DNA from: Parcubacteria group bacterium GW2011_GWB1_40_14
Lineage (GTDB): Bacteria; Patescibacteriota; Minisyncoccia; Terrybacterales; GWB1-40-14
Reading direction: 5' to 3'
DNA length: 58,820 nt
Assembly: GCA_000996085.1 (NCBI GenBank)
Contig: LBYG01000002.1
Coordinates: 1-58,820 of the forward strand
In this document: positions 17,147 through 24,196 of the stretch, piece after piece
Position numbering within the stretch: the first letter of the stretch is position 1
How the letters are laid out: the number at the start of each line of letters is the position of its first letter
Notes under the pieces: model-generated
What the model saw: only the letters and a program-made list of their open reading frames with translations
Database searches by the model: none
What the model was told of the DNA's origin: nothing
Translations under genes and position numbers: made by a program

Positions 17147-17572
17147 ATGCAACTTGCAGTTATTAAAACCGGTGGAAAACAATACGTAATAAGCAGAGGA
17201 CAGCGTATCGCTGTTGAGAAACTTCCTTATAATGAAGGAGATGAATTTGATTTTAATGAAGTTTTGGCTTTGGTGTATGCGGGGCAGGTTAAGGTGGGGT
17301 CGCCGTATGTTTCCGGAGCAAAAGTTCGCGGTAAGGTATTGTCTCATGCGTTGCACGATAAAGTTATTGTTTTTAAATTTAAACCCAAAAAACGTCAGAA
17401 ACGCAAAAGAGGACATCGTCAGGCATATACTTTAGTTGAGATTCTGGATATAAAAGATAAAGATGTTAAGGTGTCGGATAATGTTCAAGATACAGAAAAA
17501 AAGCCCGCAGCAGTTTTGCTTCCAAGAAAGGTTGCCCTAAAGCGAGTAACAAAAAAATCAAGCGAAAAATAA
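17147..17572 (+). CDS. rplU: Ribosomal protein L21 with a lysine-rich C-terminal extension
   Basis: MQLAVIKTGGKQY..KFKPKKRQKRKRGHRQ. Confidence 0.9.
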   Translation: MQLAVIKTGGKQYVISRGQRIAVEKLPYNEGDEFDFNEVLALVYAGQVKVGSPYVSGAKVRGKVLSHALHDKVIVFKFKPKKRQKRKRGHRQAYTLVEILDIKDKDVKVSDNVQDTEKKPAAVLLPRKVALKRVTKKSSEK

Positions 17573-17601
17573 AACATCCCGCTATAATAGCGGGATGTTT
17601 T
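17571..17601. terminator. Bidirectional terminator AAAACATCCCGCT-N5-AGCGGGATGTTTT
   Basis: 13-bp stem with A/T flanks between convergent rplU and recR. Confidence 0.75.
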
Positions 17602-17619
17602 GTAAATAGTTAATTAAAA

Positions 17620-18231
17620 TTAATTTCTGTTTTCTAATGCGCCCCGTAATGTTTCTTCGTCGGCGTATTCTATTTCTCCGCCTGAGGGCATGCCAATGCC
17701 TAAGCGGGTTATTTTTATTTGCGCAGTATTATCTGAAGCAGATAAAATTTCTTGTTTTAGCCAAAGAAAGGCAGCATTACCTTCGGCTGTGGGACTCATG
17801 GCCATTATTATCTCTTTTAAATCTTTATCTTTAAGTGCTCGTTGTTTAAGTTCGTTGATACGTAATGCGCGCGGATCCTGGTTTAGGGATAATCTTCCCC
17901 CAAGTACAAAATATTGTCCACCGAATGCGCCGGCTTTCTCAAGTTGTTCAAGATCGACATCTTCTTCTACGACACATAAAGAATTTTTATCTCTTTCTAT
18001 ATCACGACAGATGGAACAGGTAGAATCTGCGGCATTGGGTGAGAGATGTATATAGCGGAAGCAAATAGAACAATTTTTTACGGATTCAATTTTATCCAAA
18101 ACAAGTTTAAGATCCTGTCTTATTGCGGGATTGCGCAAAATATAAAAAGCGCATCGAAGCGCTTGACGCGGTCCAATGCCGGGTAATTTTTTTATAATAT
18201 CCGCGGTTTCGCGTATTGGAGAGGGCAACAT
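17620..18231 (-). CDS. recR: Recombination protein RecR
   Basis: HhH motif LPGIGPRQA, zinc finger CSIC..CSIC, Toprim domain. Confidence 0.9.
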   Translation of the reverse strand: MLPSPIRETADIIKKLPGIGPRQALRCAFYILRNPAIRQDLKLVLDKIESVKNCSICFRYIHLSPNAADSTCSICRDIERDKNSLCVVEEDVDLEQLEKAGAFGGQYFVLGGRLSLNQDPRALRINELKQRALKDKDLKEIIMAMSPTAEGNAAFLWLKQEILSASDNTAQIKITRLGIGMPSGGEIEYADEETLRGALENRN

Positions 18232-18440
18232 ACGTTCGCGTTTAAAGAAGTAGCTGTTTTGTGAGTGACATCCGAAGAGATGGAAGTTGGCGTCATGAAG
18301 AGGTCGCCGAAGGTGCTGTTTGACAAACGAGCTCTAATTTCGAAAAATTTGGGCTGGGGAGGAGTTCATCGAGAGGCGACCGGTTTCGCGACATGCCAAC
18401 AATTTTCCCCGCAGGCAGTCACGAACAAAATTGCTAATTC
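18232..18440 (-). ncRNA. Candidate structured RNA or long irregular hairpin (class unknown) between dnaB and recR
   Basis: 209 nt with no credible ORF. Visibly more GC-rich than its surroundings. Nested long-range complements: GTGAC/GTCAC, GTTGGC/GCCAAC and GGTCGCC/GGCGACC. Confidence 0.3.
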
Positions 18441-19865
18441 TTATACTTCAAAGTGTTTTTCTATATTCCAGAACATTGCACGTTCAGGATCAAAGCGCAG
18501 AGTAATTTCACCTACCGGACCATTTCTGTGTTTGGCAACATGTATTTTGGCTATATTTTTTACGCCCGAGTCCTTTTTAACCATATCTTCGCGCCAGATC
18601 AACATAACCACATCCGCGTCTTGTTCTATTGCGCCTGATTCGCGCAGATCTGAAAGTTTGGGTCTTTGGTCGGGTCTTGCTTCAACAGCGCGGGAAAGCT
18701 GAGAAACGGCTATAACAGGCACGTTTAGTTCGCGGGCCAATGCTTTCAATGAACGCGATATTTCAGTGACCTGTTGGACCATATTGTCTGTATTTGTATG
18801 CGAGGTTATTAATTGCAGATAGTCTACGATAATAAGAGAAAGATCGTGTTTGGCTTGCAGACGGCGTGCCATAGCGCGCATTTGGAGCACTGTTGAAGAA
18901 ACCGCGTCATCAATAAAAATAGGAGCGTCTGCCAATTGGTCTAATGCATCACGCAAACGGTCAAAATCTTCTGTAGATAATCTTCCCGTACGCATTCGCC
19001 ACAGATCAACATTGGCTTGAGCCGCTAATAATCTGTCGACAACCTGTTCTTTGGACATTTCTAAACTGAATATTCCGACGGATTTTTTTTCATTGACCGC
19101 AACATGGCGCGCGATACTTAAGGCTAAAGAAGTTTTACCGATTGACGGTCTTGCGGCAATAACGATCATATCGGAAGGTTGCAGACCGGAAAGCATATTA
19201 TCCATATCAGTAAAACCTGTTGCGACCCCGCGTATAGATCCTTCGTGGTGCGATAATTGTTCTAATCTGTCAAAAGTTTTTGCTAATTCATCTTTAACCG
19301 GGCCGAATTCTTGCGTCATGGCGTGCTGTGAAATAGAGAATATTTTTTGTTCGGCTTCGTCTAAAAGTTCGTCCATGTGTCTTGTCTCATTCCAGCCAAG
19401 TTGTGCGATATGCCATGAAGCATCGATAAGATCGCGTAATAATCTTTTTTTCTGAATTATTTTTGCATAGTGTACTACGTGGGAAGAGGTTGGTACCATA
19501 TTCACCAGACTAGCCAAATATGTACGACCGCCGATATCTTCAAGTACGTTGCCGTCTTTTAATCGTGTTGAAACAGAAAGTATATCAATCGGTTCGTGAT
19601 GAGTAAAAAGATCAAGCATTGCCTGATATATAACCCTGTGTTGTTTGCGATAAAAGTCTTCTGTGCGTAAAAAATCAACAACGCGAATAATAGCGTTGTT
19701 ATCCAAAAGCATGCTTCCAAGCAAAGATTGTTCCGCGTCAATGTCCTGGGGCGGTATACGGCCGGATGGAACCGCTAAAGAAAGATCTGTTTCCGGCATT
19801 GCCAGGAGATCTTTGAGAGTTAAAGCTTCATTTTTTGATTTTTTAGCAAAGGTTTTCTTGGCCAT
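18441..19865 (-). CDS. dnaB: Replicative DNA helicase DnaB
   Basis: Walker A ARPSIGKTS plus the DnaB N- and C-terminal domains. The start is taken at MAKKTF (ATG 19863-19865), not the upstream ATG inside the hairpin element. Confidence 0.9.
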   Translation of the reverse strand: MAKKTFAKKSKNEALTLKDLLAMPETDLSLAVPSGRIPPQDIDAEQSLLGSMLLDNNAIIRVVDFLRTEDFYRKQHRVIYQAMLDLFTHHEPIDILSVSTRLKDGNVLEDIGGRTYLASLVNMVPTSSHVVHYAKIIQKKRLLRDLIDASWHIAQLGWNETRHMDELLDEAEQKIFSISQHAMTQEFGPVKDELAKTFDRLEQLSHHEGSIRGVATGFTDMDNMLSGLQPSDMIVIAARPSIGKTSLALSIARHVAVNEKKSVGIFSLEMSKEQVVDRLLAAQANVDLWRMRTGRLSTEDFDRLRDALDQLADAPIFIDDAVSSTVLQMRAMARRLQAKHDLSLIIVDYLQLITSHTNTDNMVQQVTEISRSLKALARELNVPVIAVSQLSRAVEARPDQRPKLSDLRESGAIEQDADVVMLIWREDMVKKDSGVKNIAKIHVAKHRNGPVGEITLRFDPERAMFWNIEKHFEV

Positions 19866-19932
19866 GCCGTGGTTGTCCCTGAGCAAAGCGAAGGATACAA
19901 CTACGTGCATCCTGAGCGAAGTCGAAGGATTA
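19863..19932 (-). promoter_or_regulatory. Two-hairpin start-codon-proximal element, dnaB copy
   Basis: Homologous to 23564-23640 and 24128-24196, with compensatory substitutions in both stems. Confidence 0.5.
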
Positions 19933-20016
19933 CTTTAATTATTACCAGCTTATCGTTTAAAACCAACACAGGCAATGGTGGATAAAGTGGAGAAAATGTG
20001 GATTGTTGATAGTAGA

Positions 20017-20160
20017 GGACTTCTGCGCGTGCCATCTTTTCGCTCATTCTCGCCCGCCAACGCGGGCTCCGAGGCCTCGGCCATTTTGGATCCGATGGGC
20101 GCATCGGACACCATGCCAAAATGGCCGCGGAAACTGCTCAAAGATGCACGCACGAAGTCC
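20017..20160 (-). ncRNA. Candidate ~144-nt multi-helix structured RNA (class unknown)
   Basis: About 21-bp closing helix (GGACUUC GUGCGUG CAUCUUU / AAAGAUG CACGCGC GAAGUCC). 11-bp helix GGCCAUUUUGG/CCAAAAUGGCC. 7-bp UCCGAUG/CAUCGGA. 6-bp GCCCGC/GCGGGC. GC-rich island in an AT-rich spacer. Confidence 0.35.
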
Positions 20161-20202
20161 TATCTTTTTTTGAGGAGTTTTTTGGCGCCAACTTCTATCT
20201 CT

Positions 20203-21618
20203 TCAGATTATTCTTTTTAACTTTGGTCCTTGCGGCGTATCTTCAACGACCCAGCCAAGTTCCGAGAGCTGTTTTCTGGTTTGGTCTGCTTCTGCCCAGC
20301 GTTTTTCTTTGCGAAAAAGTTCTCTTTCTTTAGCAAGATCTTTTATTTCCCGGGGCGCGGTTTGTTTGGTGCGTTTTTTGATGATTCCAAAAACTTCGTT
20401 TATTTCTTCAAGTAAATTTATTACGGATTTAGTTTCTCTTTCGGAAAGACTAGAATTATCAAGTAAGGGGTTTATATCTTTAACAAAAGAAAAAAGTATT
20501 GCAAATGCTACCGGTGTATCAAAATCATTGCCGACTGCACGCCAAAAATTTTCCCGGGTATTTTTAATTTTTTCTGCTAAATGATTATTTTCAGAAGAAT
20601 TTCTTTTATTTTGTTTAACACGTTCGTAAAATTCAGCTAATCTTTCCGAAGTTGCTTCTGCCTGTTTAATAAGATCTTCATCGTAATCAATAGGGGAACG
20701 ATAGTGGGCTTGAAGTATCATTAAACGGAAGCTTTCCGCAGAATAATTTTTCAATAGATCGCGAAGCACAATAATATTCCCGATGGATTTTGACATTTTT
20801 TCTCCGCGTACAGTTAAGAATCCTCCGTGGAGCCACATATTTACATATGGTTTTTTATTGCTTATTGCTTCGATCTGGGCAATTTCACATTCGTGATGCG
20901 GGAATATAAGATCTAAAGCGCCGCCATGCATATCATATTGTTGCCCGAAATATTTTTCGGCAATTGCCGTATCTTCAATATGCCAACCCGGTCGGCCCAT
21001 ACCCCACGGGCTAGGCCAAGAGGGTTCGGATTTTTTATCCTGAGCTTTGTCGAAGGATGATCTTTTCCAAAGCGCAAAATCTTTTTGATTTTTCTTTTCC
21101 GGATCGTGTTCTACCCGTTCAGTATGGAATTTGTCTTCAAGTTTTTGTCCGGAAAGTTTGCCGTAGTCATCAAATTTGTTCACTTCAAAATATATTCCTG
21201 AAGAAGCTATATAAGCAAAACCTTTTTCCAGCAGTCTTTCGATTTGGCTTATTATTTCGGCTATGTGGTCGCTGGCTCGAGCATAAATATCTACCGAGTC
21301 TATTTTTAACGCTTTCATGTCTTTTAAGTATTCTTTTTCAAATTCCCGGGCCAACGCTTTAGGCGTTTTATTTGTTAGACGTGCGCGATCAATTATCTTG
21401 TCGTCAACATCCGTTATATTTTGCAGATATCTGACCCTAAGACCGTTTTTTTTGAACGTTTTAACAATTGAATCGAAAACAACATAAATACGTCCATGGC
21501 CTATATGCGATAAGTCATATACAGTCGGGCCGCACACAAAAACATCCAATTTATCTTTCTTAAGCGGTTTTAATTCTTCCTTTTTGCGTGTAAGGGTATT
21601 ATAAAAAACAAACTTCAT
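20203..21618 (-). CDS. cysS: Cysteine--tRNA ligase
   Basis: HIGH motif (SHIGHGR) and KMSKS motif present. Full-length class I architecture. Confidence 0.92.
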   Translation of the reverse strand: MKFVFYNTLTRKKEELKPLKKDKLDVFVCGPTVYDLSHIGHGRIYVVFDSIVKTFKKNGLRVRYLQNITDVDDKIIDRARLTNKTPKALAREFEKEYLKDMKALKIDSVDIYARASDHIAEIISQIERLLEKGFAYIASSGIYFEVNKFDDYGKLSGQKLEDKFHTERVEHDPEKKNQKDFALWKRSSFDKAQDKKSEPSWPSPWGMGRPGWHIEDTAIAEKYFGQQYDMHGGALDLIFPHHECEIAQIEAISNKKPYVNMWLHGGFLTVRGEKMSKSIGNIIVLRDLLKNYSAESFRLMILQAHYRSPIDYDEDLIKQAEATSERLAEFYERVKQNKRNSSENNHLAEKIKNTRENFWRAVGNDFDTPVAFAILFSFVKDINPLLDNSSLSERETKSVINLLEEINEVFGIIKKRTKQTAPREIKDLAKERELFRKEKRWAEADQTRKQLSELGWVVEDTPQGPKLKRII

Positions 21619-21627
21619 ATTATTATT

Positions 21628-22542
21628 TTAAACCCAACGTTTAAATTTGAAGAAAAAGAAAGTTATAACCGTTGAGATTACAACTATAGATGTGACAACC
21701 GCAAAACCATCCGGGTTTTCGCTGAACGGAATATTTTTCAGGTTCATACCGAAAAGAGCGGGAATTATAGAGGGGATCAGCAGAAGAGTAGCATATACGG
21801 CAAGTAAGCGGATATTTTCATTGGTTTTTGTTGATAGAAGGGAATAATTTGTTTGTTCAAGAGTTGACATTGTTTCTTTCTGAGTAACTAAAATATTAAT
21901 TAATCGTGAGTGGGATTCGGCAACGTATTCAAGATAAGGACGCGCGTCTTTTCCCAATAGGGTAGGGCCGGAAACCAATAGATCCTTAAATAAAATTTGC
22001 ATTGGCTCAAGTGTGCGCATGAAATCAATTATTTTTCTTCTTATCTGAGAAATAACCAAAACTATATTTTGCTCTCGGCCTCGGAATATTTCATCTTCAA
22101 TAAAAGCTATTTGCTCTTCAATATTATCAAGTTCTGCGTTTACATTTTCAAATAGTCCGGCAATAAGTCCTTGTATTACCGCTGCCGGTCCGGCTTCAAA
22201 ATATTCCCTTCTGGTTTCTTGTGAGGCCATGCATTTTCCAAAAAAATCACTGACAAAAGGTAATCGGCTCGTGTGACTGGTAATAAGCCAATTTGCGCTT
22301 ATTACCAAATCCAGTTCTTCTATTCTTAATGTTGTACCGGCGCCGTCTTTTTCAATAGGTATTTGTAAGGCTACAAAAATATAATTTCCAAAAACATCTA
22401 TTTTTGGATGACGTGTAGGCAAATTAATATCTTTTATGACCAGAGGATGTAGATTAAATTCTTTTTGTAACCAGGCAATATCGTCTGAACTCGGATTGTC
22501 CAGGTTAACCCACGTCAGATCAGGGTCACGAAGTATTTTCAT
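21628..22542 (-). CDS. corA: CorA-family magnesium/cobalt transporter
   Basis: C-terminal two TM helices with the GMN signature (ALFGMNLKNIP). Confidence 0.8.
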   Translation of the reverse strand: MKILRDPDLTWVNLDNPSSDDIAWLQKEFNLHPLVIKDINLPTRHPKIDVFGNYIFVALQIPIEKDGAGTTLRIEELDLVISANWLITSHTSRLPFVSDFFGKCMASQETRREYFEAGPAAVIQGLIAGLFENVNAELDNIEEQIAFIEDEIFRGREQNIVLVISQIRRKIIDFMRTLEPMQILFKDLLVSGPTLLGKDARPYLEYVAESHSRLINILVTQKETMSTLEQTNYSLLSTKTNENIRLLAVYATLLLIPSIIPALFGMNLKNIPFSENPDGFAVVTSIVVISTVITFFFFKFKRWV

Positions 22543-22683
22543 CCCGTTAGAGACAGGAAGCGCTTTTTACGGAAGAGATTAAAGCGCTTCCGTAATATTG
22601 CGTTTGATCCTGTAAAAAATTTACTATCTACAAATAATTATTAAAAAATTTATAATTTCCCGTTAATTTGTCTCTAACGGGAT
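22541..22683. repeat. Inverted-arm element, family 2, copy X2
   Basis: Perfect 15-nt arms ATCCCGTTAGAGACA and TGTCTCTAACGGGAT. Internal hairpin 22556-22591 with an alternative pairing. Confidence 0.7.
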
Positions 22684-22739
22684 TCGTGATTTTATTATAT
22701 CATTCTGATGAATTTGGGACAGCGTTTATGGGTACGGGA

Positions 22740-22767
22740 TTGACACCTTACCCTATTTTTATATAAT
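22740..22767 (+). promoter_or_regulatory. Near-consensus sigma-70 promoter TTGACA-N16-TATAAT for the hrcA operon
   Basis: Hexamers at 22740-22745 and 22762-22767. Confidence 0.6.
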
Positions 22768-22775
22768 GCCTTGTA

Positions 22776-22802
22776 TTAGCAGTCTTACTACTTGAGTGCC
22801 AA
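22776..22802 (+). promoter_or_regulatory. CIRCE-like HrcA operator TTAGCAGTC-N9-GAGTGCCAA
   Basis: Matches the CIRCE consensus TTAGCACTC-N9-GAGTGCTAA at 16 of 18 positions. Lies between the promoter and the hrcA ATG. Confidence 0.65.
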
Positions 22803-22809
22803 AACATAT

Positions 22810-23547
22810 ATGTTTATTTTAACGCCCAGACAACAGAATATTCTTGATGCTATTGTAGAAAAATATATAAATGGCGCCTTACCGATAAGTTCTGATTTTT
22901 TGCGTCGTGAAGGTGGATTTGATTTTAGCGGAGCAACGATAAGAGCAGAAATGGCCGAACTTGAAGCGAGAGGCTTTTTGGTTCAACCCCATACTTCTGC
23001 CGGAAGAACGCCGACTGAAAACGCATATCGTCTTTTTGTTGAACAGCATTCTAATAAGTGGGGTCTTTCTGAAAAGATACGCGAAAAATTCGGGCAAATT
23101 TCCAGATTATGGTCCAAAAATAAACTTGCCGCTTTGGAAACTGCCGCCGATGATATTGCCGGATTTTCTCAAGTAACAAGCATGGTTACATTGACATGGA
23201 ACGATCAGGCTGTTTTTTTGCAACGATTTAGAGATTTTCGTCTTCAGCCCGAATTTTCTTCTCCGGATATCGTCGGTGAGATGTTGTCTGCAATTGAAAT
23301 ATTGGAAAAGAGGCGTAATGAAATTTTGAATTCCGCAGACGCTAATAGAACTTCGGTATTTATCGGAAAAGATATCAAGTTTGGAAAGTTTAATTTTTTG
23401 AGTTTAGTGATACGACCATGGCGGAATAGAAATTCTAGAGCTTCCGGTTTTATCGCAACGGTTGGTCCTTTGCGTATGCATTATGAACGGGCTATTCCCA
23501 CCATAGACTATCTGGGTTCAGTGTTATCTGAGTTTACGGAGGAATAA
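22810..23547 (+). CDS. hrcA: Heat-inducible transcription repressor HrcA (short, ~245 aa)
   Basis: N-terminal winged helix (LTPRQQNILDAIVEKY..ELEARGFLVQPHTSAGRTPT). ATG 22810 is preferred because the TTG at 22792 lies inside CIRCE. Confidence 0.8.
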   Translation: MFILTPRQQNILDAIVEKYINGALPISSDFLRREGGFDFSGATIRAEMAELEARGFLVQPHTSAGRTPTENAYRLFVEQHSNKWGLSEKIREKFGQISRLWSKNKLAALETAADDIAGFSQVTSMVTLTWNDQAVFLQRFRDFRLQPEFSSPDIVGEMLSAIEILEKRRNEILNSADANRTSVFIGKDIKFGKFNFLSLVIRPWRNRNSRASGFIATVGPLRMHYERAIPTIDYLGSVLSEFTEE

Positions 23548-23563
23548 GTATACATTAATTAAG

Positions 23564-23640
23564 TCCGCCTTCGCCTAAGGCTTTGGCGGATGCACATCGT
23601 TGCATCCGCTCTTCGCAGAAGCGAATCGCGGGCAACGATG
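23564..23640 (+). promoter_or_regulatory. Two-hairpin start-codon-proximal element, grpE copy
   Basis: H1 is TCCGCC..GGCGGA. H2 is CATCGTTGC..GCAACGATG, and its 3' arm contains the grpE ATG (23638-23640). Confidence 0.5.
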
Positions 23641-24105
23641 GCAGAAGACAACAATATAAACAATAGCGGAAACGCAGAACCATCTTCCCTCGACTATGAG
23701 GGTCGTTGGAAAAGAGCATTGGCTGATTATGAAAACTATAAAAAAGATGAAATAAAGCGTTTTGCGGCTTTTTCAAAGTTCAGCAAAATGGAAGCTATAC
23801 GTAATCTTTTGCCGCTAATCGATATGCTGGAAAGAGCCTTGAAAAATGTTCCTTCGGAGATAGAAAAATCATCTTGGACTGAAGGCATTCGTCTTATTTA
23901 TGAAGAGTTTTTAAAGCTTTTGAATAAAGAAGGTATTAGAAAGATAGAAACAATCGGAAGAGAGCTTGATCCAAAATATCATGAAGCCGTAGGCAGAACA
24001 GATGAAGACGGGGAAGAAGTTGTAGAAGAAGTAAGATCGGGTTTTATAACCGAAGACGACTTTATTGTGCGTCCTGCACAAGTTAAAATAGGAAAACAAA
24101 AATAA
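23638..24105 (+). CDS. grpE: Nucleotide exchange factor GrpE
   Basis: GrpE coiled-coil and beta-domain (RALADYENYKKD.., LDPKYHEAV). Operon context. Confidence 0.9.
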   Translation: MAEDNNINNSGNAEPSSLDYEGRWKRALADYENYKKDEIKRFAAFSKFSKMEAIRNLLPLIDMLERALKNVPSEIEKSSWTEGIRLIYEEFLKLLNKEGIRKIETIGRELDPKYHEAVGRTDEDGEEVVEEVRSGFITEDDFIVRPAQVKIGKQK

Positions 24106-24127
24106 ATAATTTTATCTAATTCTAGTA

Positions 24128-24196
24128 ATCCCTCGACTTCGCTCGGGATGCACATTGTTGCAACCGCTCTCGAAGTTCGCGGGCAACAATGGCATG
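24128..24196 (+). promoter_or_regulatory. Two-hairpin start-codon-proximal element, dnaK copy
   Basis: H1 is ATCCC..GGGAT. H2 is CATTGTTGC..GCAACAATG and ends 2 nt before the dnaK ATG at 24194. Confidence 0.5.

Noticed and set aside
18232-20202. Identification of the two GC-rich spacers as SRP RNA, 6S RNA, tmRNA, RNase P RNA, a T-box or a known riboswitch.
   Set aside because: I could not find the diagnostic motifs. These were SRP domain IV GGAA/AGCA, the tmRNA tRNA-like end, RNase P GAGGAAAGUCC, the T-box AGGGUGGUACCGCG and the B12 box. The regions are therefore reported only as unclassified candidates.
23590-23637. N-terminal extensions in the ORF track for grpE (MHIVASALRRSESRAT), dnaK ([13 protein letters not shown]) and dnaB (MHVVVSFALLRDNHG).
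   Set aside because: They are read-through of the two-hairpin element. They are hydrophobic and atypical for these cytosolic proteins, and canonical N-termini ([22 protein letters not shown]) follow. A uORF role is kept as a hypothesis in the findings.
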